Source: Diplonema japonicum
Taxonomy: Eukaryota > Protista > Euglenozoa: Diplonemea
Direction of reading: 5' to 3'
Assembly (NCBI GenBank): GCA_964019335.1
Contig: OZ025694.1
Span: forward strand, 124,001-188,000
Length of the DNA: 64,000 bases
The translations under genes and the position numbers were made by a program. The notes beneath the pieces are model-generated. The model did not search any database. It was given only the letters and a program-made list of their open reading frames with translations, and was not told the origin of the DNA. Shown here piece by piece: positions 53,815 through 64,000 of the stretch; position 1 is the stretch's first letter, and the number at the start of each line of letters is the position of its first letter.

Positions 53815-54239
53815 GGGGGGGCCATAGGAGGTCGTTATTTGCCCTTTTTCAGGCTCTTCGCCAAGGGCATTTTGGGCCCTTAAAAAACTGTAACCACCCC
53901 AAAAGTGCCCACAAATCACCCAAACCCCCGTTTCCCGATGTTTTCCGGCCCCAGAAGTGCCCAGAATCATGTTCTAATTTTGGGGCCCCCGTTTGGTACT
54001 TTCCCTATGTAATCCTAGGGAACATAAAATATGGGCCCCTAGGATTACATAGGGAAAGTACCAAACGGGGGCCCCAAAATTAGAACATGATTCTGGGCAC
54101 TTCTGGGGCCGGGGGTTTGGGTGATTTGTGGGCACTTTTGGGGTGGGTACAGTTTTTTTAAGGGCCCAAAATGCCCTTGGCGAAGAGCCTGAAAAAGGGC
54201 AAAAAGTGGCCCTTTTTAAGGACCATATGACCCCCCCTA
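53813..54239. mobile_element. Foldback (long palindromic) element
   Basis: Near-perfect ~170-bp arms (53838-54020 / 54037-54203), 16-nt loop, outer TAGGGGGGG...CCCCCCCTA ends. Confidence 0.85.
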
Positions 54240-54286
54240 CCCCCCCCCGCTATCCCACCACAGGCAAAAAGAAAAAAAAACCAAAA

Positions 54287-55249
54287 ATGAAAACGAGCCT
54301 TGCGATGATGTGCCTTGCGACTGCAGCTGCCGGGATGCCTGCTTCGTACCTTGAGGCGAACGAGGGCCTCCTGTGGAGGAACTTTAAGGAGACCTACGGG
54401 AAGAGGTACTCCGGCTCTGACGAGGCGCACAGGAGGGCCATCTTCAGGAAGAACATGCTGAAGGCGGCAAGGTTCGAGGGGGAGAACCCCAAGGCGACCT
54501 TCGGGATGAACGCCTTCAGCGATATGTCTGAAGAGGAGTTCAAGGTGTACCACAGCCTGCAGGTCCCTGTGAAGAAGAGCCCCTCGAGGGTGTTCGAAGG
54601 GGTGGCGGCGACCCCTGTGGACTGGAGGACGAAGGGTGCTGTGACCCACGTGAAGAACCAGGCGCAGTGCGGGAGCTGCTGGGCCTTCTCGACGACGGGA
54701 GGGATCGAGGGGCAGTGGTTCCTTGCGGGGAACACCCTGACCTCGCTGTCGGAGCAGGAGCTGGTCTCGTGCGACAAGAACGACGACGGGTGCGACGGGG
54801 GTTTGATGGACAACGCCTTCGAGTGGCTGATGTCCGAGCACAACGGGCAGATCGTGACGGAGGCCTCGTACCCGTACACCTCTGGCGGCGGGGTGAACGG
54901 GGCGTGCCACGATGTGTCGGCGAAGGCAGTGGGGGCCACCATCTCCGGGCACCAGGACATCGCACACAACGAGGAGGAGATGGCAACCTGGGTGTCAGGT
55001 AACGGCCCCCTCTCCATCGCCGTGGACGCCACCTCTTGGCAGACCTACACTGGCGGTGTCATGTCCAACTGCATCAGCAGGCAGCTGGACCACGGTGTCC
55101 TTATCGTTGGCTTCGCCGCTGACTACTGGGTCGTGAAGAACTCCTGGGGTGCCTCCTGGGGTGAGAACGGGTACATCAGGCTCGCCAGGGGCACCAACCA
55201 GTGCCTCCTCAACCAGTCCCCCTGTACCTCCAAGGTCACGAAGAACTGA
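54287..55249 (+). CDS. Cathepsin L-like papain-family (C1A) cysteine peptidase, preproenzyme
   Basis: Signal peptide; I29 propeptide (IFRKN, GMNAFSD); QAQCGSCWAFS, LDHGV, VKNSWG. Confidence 0.96.
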   Translation: MKTSLAMMCLATAAAGMPASYLEANEGLLWRNFKETYGKRYSGSDEAHRRAIFRKNMLKAARFEGENPKATFGMNAFSDMSEEEFKVYHSLQVPVKKSPSRVFEGVAATPVDWRTKGAVTHVKNQAQCGSCWAFSTTGGIEGQWFLAGNTLTSLSEQELVSCDKNDDGCDGGLMDNAFEWLMSEHNGQIVTEASYPYTSGGGVNGACHDVSAKAVGATISGHQDIAHNEEEMATWVSGNGPLSIAVDATSWQTYTGGVMSNCISRQLDHGVLIVGFAADYWVVKNSWGASWGENGYIRLARGTNQCLLNQSPCTSKVTKN

Positions 55250-55479
55250 TCCTTTTTGCTGTGTCTAAGATAGTTTACTATCTCTTTTTCTCTCTCCCCC
55301 TCGCCCCCTCGGCCGTCAAGGTTGGGCGGGGCAACCAGCGTGTTTTATTTACGTTATGTGACCTCATGTTGTGATACTAGTACGGCTGCCTGGGCGGCTC
55401 TTTTTTCTTTTAAACCTTAGGGGTCTAGTTAGCTCTAGTCAAAGCTTCTTTGATACAATTCTTTCCACACAGTAGAGCC

Positions 55480-56982
55480 ATGGGAGAGGCAGGTGGAAAC
55501 AATGAATTTTATGGAAGGGTTGGGGTGAAGCTTGTGTGTGAGGGCTCGGAGGAAACCTTGAAGCTGATCTTCCTCAAACGGACGGCGTCGAGAGAAGACC
55601 TCGTGTCCGAGGTACAACGTAGGTACGGGGATGCCATGATAACATTTGAAGAAGACGGCGACCGCATCGAAGTGGACACCGCTGAGGTAGTAGGACATTT
55701 CCTCTCCTCCATCCCTGAGGGTGCGAAGGGCAAGCTCTTCATCTCGAAACCATCACAAGCACACAATGAAGTCGAAAGCCTACGTGCTGTAATTGAAGAA
55801 CAGAAGGCCGTAATCACGACGCAGAACGAGAAGATCGCACGATTCGAGAGCAGTTCAAGGGAACCGGCCTGCGAAGAACCGAGATCCATCCCCGAGCAAG
55901 AAGTGCTGTACGTGATGCAGCTTGAGAATAAAATACGGGAATTGCAGAAGAACGACGCAAGGCTGAGGAACCAGGTGCGCGAATTGCAAAGCGAGGATGA
56001 GCCTCAAGAGGACAAAACCGTTTCAAAAGAAGACTTTATGCCCTTAGAGGCTGAGCTGTTGCGGACGTTCGCAGTGCATGAGACCGCTGTGCATTGCTGT
56101 GCCTTCAGTCTGAGAGGGGACCTTTTATGTGCGGGTGGCAAAAGCGGTTTTCTGACGATTAGCAACACCGAAACAGGGAAGACGCTGCACAAGGTAAACG
56201 CGCACACCGGCTTCCTTCGCTCCAAAAAGAAAGGCGTGCTGCTGTCCTGCGACTTTGCCGAAAACGGCGACTTCGTAGCCACAGCCTCCAACGACAGAAC
56301 CGCGAGAATATGGCGTGTTTCCGACGGGAGCAGACGCGCGATCCTTCGAAAGCACTCCGATAAGGTTTACTGCTGCAGGTTCAGCCCCGGAGGCTTCAAG
56401 CTAGCTACGACATCAATGGACAACACCGCATTGATCTGGGACGTGCACACAGGCAAACTTGCTCACACGCTGAAACAGCACAGCATGTCCGTGTTCACTT
56501 GCACGTTCAACACAGAAGGGAACATCTTGGCAACAGGAGGTGACGACAGGGCAGTGAAGCTTTGGGACTGGCGAGACAACGCCGCAACCGCAAGCTTGGA
56601 AGGACAGGTCACCACTATATGGAGCGTCGGCTTCTCACAAAACGGGACGCAGCTAATTACCGGATCGATGGGTGGCGAGATAAAGGTCTGGGACCTCAGG
56701 AAACAAGAAGTGCTGAAGTCTCTGATGTTGGAAAAGGGTGTACACAGCGCACAGTTCATCAGAAACGACAGCCAGTATGTGACATGCGGTCGGGACAACG
56801 CCATCTCTATACGGGGTACTAACGACCACAGCCTTCACTCCTATACTGTTGCAAACAACTACGGAGTGCAGCATGCGGATTATCATGAAGGGACGGACAG
56901 GCTGCTCACCTGCTCTGTCGACTCGACGGTGAAGTTGTGGCGGCTTCCTTTGCAGAGAGAGTGCTCTTTTGTTGACGAATAG
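55480..56982 (+). CDS. PB1 + coiled coil + WD40 protein (paralog of 49584-51494)
   Basis: FEEDGDRIEV; WD repeats; shared DYHEGTDRLL...VKLW.LP C-terminus. Confidence 0.88.
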   Translation: MGEAGGNNEFYGRVGVKLVCEGSEETLKLIFLKRTASREDLVSEVQRRYGDAMITFEEDGDRIEVDTAEVVGHFLSSIPEGAKGKLFISKPSQAHNEVESLRAVIEEQKAVITTQNEKIARFESSSREPACEEPRSIPEQEVLYVMQLENKIRELQKNDARLRNQVRELQSEDEPQEDKTVSKEDFMPLEAELLRTFAVHETAVHCCAFSLRGDLLCAGGKSGFLTISNTETGKTLHKVNAHTGFLRSKKKGVLLSCDFAENGDFVATASNDRTARIWRVSDGSRRAILRKHSDKVYCCRFSPGGFKLATTSMDNTALIWDVHTGKLAHTLKQHSMSVFTCTFNTEGNILATGGDDRAVKLWDWRDNAATASLEGQVTTIWSVGFSQNGTQLITGSMGGEIKVWDLRKQEVLKSLMLEKGVHSAQFIRNDSQYVTCGRDNAISIRGTNDHSLHSYTVANNYGVQHADYHEGTDRLLTCSVDSTVKLWRLPLQRECSFVDE

Positions 56983-57840
56983 CCCTTTTTTTTTTTTTTT
57001 TTGCTGGAACAAGTAAACAAATTTTTGAAAAGAATTGTTATTGCAAAAAAGAGTAGAGGCAGCTTGTCCGTTTACCCCTACTGTAAGTGGAAACGGCTTG
57101 CACAAACAAAAATGGCTTGCGCAGACATCGATCCGTCGGAGTTGTCGGTTATACTATACCCGGAGGGGGCCCCCACGGCGCCGGCGGACCCGGACTTGCA
57201 CAAACAATCAGCCGACTCTTTTTTTTCTTTCTTCCAGGTGGGACTATACTAAATGTAGAACAGGCCCTACGTGGCCAAAAGTATAGAATTGTTGCTGACC
57301 TCCTCGTACCCACCGGGCAACGGATGAGTGGAAGACCCTGCAGTATGCTCATCCGGCGAACTGGCAACAGGGGGCGTATGGAGCATTGGTGAACAAGATA
57401 TCCCGGCGTAACAAACCCCTTTGTTAATCGTGTCGATGCTTAGGGGGCTTGGATTCACCGCAACCGCGCTTTGAATTGGGCAGCAGGTCGGACCGCGAAG
57501 CGACCCAGGTGTTGGCAACACCTCCCAAAGCGAGCTGGGGATGCATGCGCACTCTAGCTTACGGGCGAAAGATAAATGTCCCCCTCCCCGGTCGTGAGGC
57601 CTATGGGTGTGGCACGCCATGTCTGAAACGTTTAGCTCCCTTGAAGCTCACACCAGTGTGCGAGTTTAGCCCATTTTTTGGCACGTTGGCGATGGCTGTG
57701 GTGGTCGTTGCAAGAGCGCCTATAGGTAGTATTGGACGATACAGTTAACAGAATAGTTTCTTTTTTTTTGTCCACTTTTCTTTTTTTTTTTTGTTTCCGG
57801 TCCGATTTGGTAGTTTTAGAGTTTTATTTTTGCTTTTTTA

Positions 57841-57874
<34 letters not shown>

Positions 57875-58153
57875 CCCCTCTTCCAAAAGGTAACCCACGT
57901 CGTTTGGTGGAAAGGTTTCAGAGAAGAAACAACCAGGTTACGGAAACTGCCGTCGCCTTCAGTTTCATATAAGTTGTCCGATCCTCCCCTGGAACAGTTG
58001 AACTTTTTATTGTATTTAACAAGTGCTGCTCATAGTGCCCTTATCCTCAGTTGCTGCACTTATTATTCTTCGTATGAGTACGTCAGCGTGGACAAAAAAA
58101 AAAAAAACAAAAAAAAAAAAGTCAAACTCGTAAATAATGGAATATTTCTGCTC

Positions 58154-59345
58154 AGGGCTCGGAGGAAACCCTAAAGCTGATCTTCCTCAAACGGACGGCG
58201 TCGAGAGAAGACCTCGTGTCGGAGGTACAACAAAGGTACGGGGATGCCATGATAACATTTGAAGAAGACGGCGACCCGCATCGAAGTGGACACGACCCGT
58301 GTTTTGAGATACTTCTTCTCCTCCATCCCCGAGGGGGCTGCGGGAAGACTCTTCGTTACGCAACACGCCAACACACGGGAGGTGATTGAAGAACAGAAGG
58401 CAGTGATCACAATGCAGGGCGACAGGATATCAGAACTGGAAAACAAAGTAAACGAGCTCCTGAAACCAGTGCAGTCCTTGAAGCCAAAACCAAAACTGCT
58501 GAAGCTGTTCAACGGACACAGCAAGCCTGTCGTATGCTGCGCCTTCAGCCCTGGAGGAGACCAGTTTTGTTCGGCCAGTGAAACATGCCTCAAGGTACAG
58601 GACATCACCGGGAAGATCCTGTACAATGCCAAACACGGCAACGTGTTGTCTTGCGACTTCGCCGATTCATGCCGTCTCTGGCCTCATCTTCAAACAACAA
58701 GACAGTACAGCTCCACCGCACCGGAGACTGGAAGAACATCGTGACCCTGTTGGCGCACACTGACAAGGTGTACTGTTGCAAGTTCAGCCCGGGAGCCGCC
58801 CACCTTGCCACATCATCGTCCGACCGAGCGGCTCTGATATGGGATGTGGAAAAAGCAGCAGTTTCGCGGACGTTATCTGGGCACAGCTCGGCCGTCTTCA
58901 CGTGTTCTTTCAGCAAGAATGGTGCTCTTCTTGCTACGGGGTCGGACGACAAGACCGTGAAGCTGTGGGACTGGCGAATCGGGAAACCAACACATACTTT
59001 GAGAGGCCACACCTCCCCTGTGTGGGGGACAGATATTTCACAGGATGGGACACAGCTTATCTCGGGATCGATGGGGACAGCTATCAAGATCTGGGATTTG
59101 CGACAGACTGCTGTGTCGAAACCCCTGATCGCGAAGGCGGCGTGCACTGTGTGAAATTCATCAGAAACGACGAGCAGTTCATTACATGCGGTCGCGACAG
59201 CGCCATCTCCATTTCGCGCGTGATCATTCCCTCTATTCTTACACAGAGGGGCACAACAAGACTGTTTGTCACGTTGCCTATCATGAAGGACCGATAGGTT
59301 GCTGTCTGCTTCAGCTAATTGGACGTGAAGCTATGGCAGCATGTA
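58154..59345 (+). pseudogene. PB1-WD40 pseudogene (third paralog)
   Basis: 5' part nearly identical to 55541-55680; homology hops between three frames; small indels; no intact start. Confidence 0.8.
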
Positions 59346-59940
59346 AGGAAGGTGGGGTGACCACTTTTTTATTTTTTGCTACTTGTACTTTTTTTTTTTT
59401 TTTTTTTACCCCAATTTAATTAGCCACATATCACTCTCAAAAGTGGCCTCTTCGCTCAGAAGATTGTCATTTGAAGTGCATACCTCCTCTCTTACCCGAA
59501 CGACAAAGAAAAAAGAAAGAAGAATAAAAAAGAAAAGGTTACCTGCTCAAAAAGATTGGGACGACCAAACTTTCTATTCTTTTTTCCAAAAAAGAAAAGG
59601 AAACAAAAAAGAAAAAAAACGAAACGAGAAAAGCAGTTTAGTATCATCGGAGATGGAGGAGTCCGGTCCGGAACAGAAGAAAAAAAAAAAAAAAAAAAAC
59701 GTTTTCTCTATTCTTCTGTTTATACTGTGTGGAAAAAATGAAGGGATACCAAAAAAAGAAAACCTTCGCAGCTTTTTAAAAAACCTTTTTTGCTCGTGCG
59801 AACAACAAAGACATATAGTCATAAAGAATTATTTTTCGATATCGTTCCATTCCATATTTCTTTTCTCTTTTTACATCTGAAAACCGTTTTTGGGAAGAAG
59901 AAGAAAAAAAAAGAAGGGGGAAAAAAAAAAAAACCTCACC

Positions 59941-60966
59941 ATGCGCCCACCTGTAAGGGACCATCTTGTGAAGGAATGGCTGGCGCAACGGCACCCCGTC
60001 AGCACTGCAGGGATGGTATCAAATTACACGGCGTGGAAAGAAAGCGCGAGGAGCCTGAACACCGATTTAAACAACGTGCGGAAGCAAAACAAATCTGTCG
60101 GAGAAGAGACCGCAAGACACGCGCTGAAGGTCTTCGGGTGCCAGGGACACAGCAGAGACGCCAAAAAAATGTTCAACCTCGTCAAAAACCACAACACCGA
60201 GGACTACAGAATGCTCTTAACCAGCATAGTTAAAGGTGGTTTAACTACCCAAGGCGGGGACGAGACAGAGGTCAAACAAATCTTTGACGAGATGAACAGT
60301 AAAAACGTAAAACCAGACACAGGATGCTACCGCCTACTAGCCAGACACCTAGGAAGGAACGGAGCTGACCAAGAAGTTGTGAAACAGGTCACCACCGCCA
60401 TGGAAAACGATGGCGTTCCACCAGACGTGTGGACAATGAACGAAATTGTAAACTACGAGAAAAACGTCGCGTCGGCTCTGCGAACTTTAAAAAATTTCGA
60501 GCTTAGATACAATGTCCATCCGAACAGTGCGACGCTCTGCGCGTTGCTACGTGTGTGCAAGGGCTCCAACGACATCCGATCTGCAAGAAAGCTTATGAAG
60601 CAGCTTCCGCACAAAGATACTGAAGTCTGGAACTCTTATCTTCGAGTTCTAAACACCCCGGCAACTCACCGCCTCCTTCTGGAGGCCTTCGAGAAGACCC
60701 CGCTTCCAAACGCGGGATCTTACGCAATAGTTATATCATCCTGCGGGCACACACACAACGAAGAGCTTGCTGAAAAATATTTTTCTCGAATGGTCGACAA
60801 GGGTTTCCTCAAGGGTAAGGGCTCTATCGGGTCCATGATGGAGGTCTACGCTGCGACACGAAACAAAGAAAAAGCCGAAAAACTAATGGCGTGGAGCGTT
60901 GACGCAGGGATCCCCCCCTCGGCCGCCACGCAAGGGTTGTACACCATTGCAACCTCCGGGGAATGA
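59941..60966 (+). CDS. Pentatricopeptide repeat (PPR) protein
   Basis: IFDEMNSKNVKPDTGCY, MENDGVPPDVWTMN, PNAGSYAIVISSC, FSRMVDKG motifs. Confidence 0.88.
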   Translation: MRPPVRDHLVKEWLAQRHPVSTAGMVSNYTAWKESARSLNTDLNNVRKQNKSVGEETARHALKVFGCQGHSRDAKKMFNLVKNHNTEDYRMLLTSIVKGGLTTQGGDETEVKQIFDEMNSKNVKPDTGCYRLLARHLGRNGADQEVVKQVTTAMENDGVPPDVWTMNEIVNYEKNVASALRTLKNFELRYNVHPNSATLCALLRVCKGSNDIRSARKLMKQLPHKDTEVWNSYLRVLNTPATHRLLLEAFEKTPLPNAGSYAIVISSCGHTHNEELAEKYFSRMVDKGFLKGKGSIGSMMEVYAATRNKEKAEKLMAWSVDAGIPPSAATQGLYTIATSGE

Positions 60967-61010
60967 TCTTTTTTTTTTTTTTCTTTTATGAGAAATTCTA
61001 CTCCCAGGGG

Positions 61011-61289
61011 ATGAATGTGACGAATACAACAGAACTCCTTGAAGCGTGCTACGAGCAACATGACGGGTACAGAAGGTCCACTGAGACTACGATCGCAGTG
61101 CTGTCGGTCTTCCTGACTGCCTCTCTGCTAGGCAACCTTGCGGTGTTCGCGGTGTACTTGTGGCGGTGGTGGGATGTCAGGGAGATGCGGACGTACGAGC
61201 CCTACAACACCGACCTTTCCAGCCCCTTATGGTGGTTCCGTGCTGGGCATAGTGGCAAGGGCGGGTCCACGCTTAGACCAATAGAATAA
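61011..61289 (+). CDS. Small single-pass membrane protein (92 aa)
   Basis: Poly-Y plus CAG immediately upstream; one TM helix; coding-like composition. Confidence 0.55.
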   Translation: MNVTNTTELLEACYEQHDGYRRSTETTIAVLSVFLTASLLGNLAVFAVYLWRWWDVREMRTYEPYNTDLSSPLWWFRAGHSGKGGSTLRPIE

Positions 61290-61385
61290 ATTGTGTGATA
61301 ACTTTTTTTTATTTTTTGTCGAAAACTGAGAAACTACTTGACAAGAAAAAAAAAAGATTTACACGGGGGGGGGGGGGGGGAGAAA

Positions 61386-61616
61386 ATGGGGTTTATTGCC
61401 GCCCGGCAGCAACAACAGAACACAACTGCTCACAACGTTCAGAAGAGAAAGAAGCCGTCCCAAGGAGCGAACGATGGGGTGCATGGTATGTCTTACCCCT
61501 CCCCTTCATTACCATCGATAGAGTCGGTCATGCGGGCGCTGTTCAAAAAAAAAGGCAAGATAAGTAGCATGATCGGGATGAAGGTAGCAGATTCAGTAGA
61601 CATGGGTGATTTATGA
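61386..61616 (+). CDS. Small hypothetical protein (76 aa)
   Basis: Complex-sequence island between homopolymer tracts; ATG after an A-run. Confidence 0.35.
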   Translation: MGFIAARQQQQNTTAHNVQKRKKPSQGANDGVHGMSYPSPSLPSIESVMRALFKKKGKISSMIGMKVADSVDMGDL

Positions 61617-61874
61617 ATTGAGAAAACAGCTATTTATTAAACAAACAGTGGGCCATAATTCATAAATCTTTTGTGAACTCGAGTTTGCCGGCTCGAATTT
61701 TTTTTTTTTTTGTGCGAACACCCCCATGCACACTGAAATCTTATCGAGCTTTTCTTTTACATATCCTTTTTTGTGCCGCATGACGTTTTTCAAAATAGAA
61801 AAAAAAAAAAAAAAAAACTAAAGGAAGGGAATAGGGGAGGGAGGAGGGAGAAAAAAGAGAAAAAAAAAGAAAAA

Positions 61875-64000
61875 ATGAGGCGCTCACTCCGGATATCGAA
61901 TGCAGCAGACTACGGGACGATGGCGCCCGAGGAGCCCGACGAGGAGGAAGTCGATGTTCGCGAAGTGGGACGGATGGTGAAGAGCAAAAAAACAGCTGAG
62001 TCCAATTGCCTTGACGAACTATTCATCACGTGGGTCGGTGGCCTGCTGTGGAAAGGCGTCAAAAACCACGCCATCGGAGAAGAGGACATCCCAGAACTGC
62101 CCCGAAGCCTACGCTGTGACCACCTAGGCAACGCTGCAATCGCCGCCCCTAGCAGCACGATTATCAAATTAATCACATCACTCCAATTGTGGGACCTCTT
62201 TATGTGGACCATCACGGGCATCGTGCAAGGTGTTGTCAACGCTGTGGTGAAGCCCCTTCTCCTCAAATTCCTCATCGAGGCCGCCACTGACGACAAGGAA
62301 GACAGAGTGGGCGAGGCCACCATATACCTGGGAGCGCTGTGCGCAGCACTTATCATTGAAGGTCTTACATCCACCAAGGGGCGTATGTCCTTCGCCGGCC
62401 GGTTCGCTACCGGTACCAACATCATTGTGGCTTCCCTTGTCCACTCCAAGTCACTCCGGCTCACAGGCGGCTCCGCCACCACAAAAGAACGAGCCCTCAT
62501 CGGAAACGACATGATGCGTATCTACGAAAACGCCAAGACTCTCTCCCAGTTCCCGTCGTCCGTTGCGTCCATCATTGGTGGCGCTGCCATCATCCTCTAC
62601 ACTGTGAAGCTGCCAGGTCTTGCCGGGCTTGGGATGCTTTGCCTCGTCCTCCTCGCCAACCAGCTCATGGCACGCCAAGCTGCAAAGGCAGAGAAATCAA
62701 CTCTGAATGCCGCAGACCACCGCATTCTGCTGATGACAAGGATCATCGAGGGTATCAAAGCCATCAAGCTTTCAGCGTGGGAGGTTCCCTTTACCGATGC
62801 TGTCTTCAAGGCGCGATCAGAGGAGATCGACGCTATTAAGGAATTCCGTTTGTTCTCCATGAGCGCCGTGCAGGTGGGCAGGTCCGCCCCCACCTTGGCC
62901 TCGTGCATCACCTTCGCAGTGATGTACGCCTCTGGGCAAGAGCTTGTCGTGAGTGACATCTTCGCTGCTTTCTCTGTTTTCCAATCGATGCGACTGGGCC
63001 TTATCGTCGTGCCCCACTGCATGTCCATCATCGAAACTATGAAGGTGTCTTTCGCTCGTGTGCAGGAGTACCTCGACCAGCCCGAGGCACCACCACTAGA
63101 GCCGATCCCCTCTGACTCTCAGTACGCCGTGACCGCTACTCATTGCGAGTTCTCACACTTTAGCAGCGACAAGTTTAACCTGAAACTAGGGAACTTTCTT
63201 GTGCCTAAAGGAAGCACCTACGCAATCGTAGGCCCCGTGGGGAGCGGCAAGTCGACGATGATACAGAGCATCTTGGGAGACACAGAGAAACTGCAGGGCG
63301 TGGTCATGCTTCAAGAGCACATCGGGTACGTGCCGCAGAAGAGCTTTGTGACCTGTGGGACCATCGAGGAAAACATCGTGATGGGACGTGAGATGAATGA
63401 GTCGAAGTTCCGTGACGCTGTGTTCCGCGCAGCTCTGGACGAGGACCTCAGCAGACTTCCGGACGGGAGGCACACCGAGCTTGGGGAACGTGGGGTGACA
63501 CTGTCTGGGGGGCAGCAGCAAAGGGTGTGCATAGCACGGGCCCTGTATGGCAACCCTGCACTTCTGGTGATGGACGACCCTCTTGCCGCTGTCGATGGCT
63601 TGGTGGGACGTATCATCTTCAAGCGTGTCGTGATGGAGAAGAAGTCCCACCAGTCTATTGTGATGTCCCTGAACCAGATGCAGTTCCTCACCTTCTTTGA
63701 CAACGCTGTGTGCCTCAGCGACGGCGAGGTGGTGGAGGACGGGCGCCTCACGACGCTGGCGAACGTCACCGGCGGTGCTATAGCAGCGATCCTGGAAGAG
63801 TCTGCGGGAATCAACCTCAATGAAGCGGGTGACAACAACGATGCTACTAATGACATGCCAGAAGAAGCAACGAGTAAATCTAAGACGAACGCTTTAATCC
63901 AAAAGGAAGGCAAGCAGAAAGGTTCCGTGAGCCATCGGGTCCTCATCAAATATTTCAAGAGCGTAGGCAAGGCGCCAACAATAACATGTATTTTCGTGCT
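61875..64000 (+). CDS. ABCC/MRP-family ABC transporter, 5' part (runs off the window)
   Basis: Read directly from the sequence (absent from the ORF track): LFITWVGGLLWKG, IKAIKLSAWE, Walker A GPVGSGKS, GERGVTLSGGQQQR, Walker B LLVMDD. Confidence 0.93.
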   Translation, partial: MRRSLRISNAADYGTMAPEEPDEEEVDVREVGRMVKSKKTAESNCLDELFITWVGGLLWKGVKNHAIGEEDIPELPRSLRCDHLGNAAIAAPSSTIIKLITSLQLWDLFMWTITGIVQGVVNAVVKPLLLKFLIEAATDDKEDRVGEATIYLGALCAALIIEGLTSTKGRMSFAGRFATGTNIIVASLVHSKSLRLTGGSATTKERALIGNDMMRIYENAKTLSQFPSSVASIIGGAAIILYTVKLPGLAGLGMLCLVLLANQLMARQAAKAEKSTLNAADHRILLMTRIIEGIKAIKLSAWEVPFTDAVFKARSEEIDAIKEFRLFSMSAVQVGRSAPTLASCITFAVMYASGQELVVSDIFAAFSVFQSMRLGLIVVPHCMSIIETMKVSFARVQEYLDQPEAPPLEPIPSDSQYAVTATHCEFSHFSSDKFNLKLGNFLVPKGSTYAIVGPVGSGKSTMIQSILGDTEKLQGVVMLQEHIGYVPQKSFVTCGTIEENIVMGREMNESKFRDAVFRAALDEDLSRLPDGRHTELGERGVTLSGGQQQRVCIARALYGNPALLVMDDPLAAVDGLVGRIIFKRVVMEKKSHQSIVMSLNQMQFLTFFDNAVCLSDGEVVEDGRLTTLANVTGGAIAAILEESAGINLNEAGDNNDATNDMPEEATSKSKTNALIQKEGKQKGSVSHRVLIKYFKSVGKAPTITCIFV

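Noticed and set aside
57100-57750. Short ORFs in a complex-sequence island
   Set aside because: No homology or consistent frame; possibly a decayed gene or element, unsupported
58154-59345. Programmed frameshifting or RNA editing to rescue the WD40 copy
   Set aside because: Indels are heterogeneous and lack shared signals; pseudogenisation or local sequence error is simpler

Overview
Eukaryotic nuclear DNA, most likely a euglenozoan protist and probably a diplonemid. This is an inference from three things: all ~26 supported genes lie on the + strand, several are preceded by polypyrimidine/AG acceptor-like tracts, and a PKA-R resembles the kinetoplastid type, yet short GT-AG introns are present. 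Gene content in order: two near-identical SHIP-like inositol 5-phosphatase cores with different termini (one fused to a ~1750-aa Trp-rich 'WWK' repeat region, one to a putative beta-trefoil); a transmembrane STE-type kinase; a twin-CX9C protein; a small acidic spliced gene; a METTL2/6-like methyltransferase; a Lon-N-domain protein; a CCCH protein; an ABCA derivative that has lost its ATPase motifs; two identical BI-1/GHITM CDSs flanking a pogo (DD35D) transposon; HMG-like, synapsin-like, receptor-cyclase-like and ApaG proteins; a PKA-R-like protein; a P2X receptor; three PB1-WD40 paralogs (one a pseudogene); a cathepsin L-like protease; a PPR protein; and an ABCC transporter running off the end. 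Intergenic DNA is homopolymer-rich and holds several apparently uncharacterised repeat families: a TA-flanked MITE, a tandem dimer of a Crypton-like hairpin element, a hAT-like MITE abutting a ~430-bp foldback palindrome, and a 40-nt hairpin element in 4 co-oriented copies. Most notable signals: block-wise switching of synonymous codons from G-ending to C-ending within genes, duplications homogenised only over coding cores, and the WWK-repeat/5-phosphatase fusion. All calls were made by eye; no searches were run.
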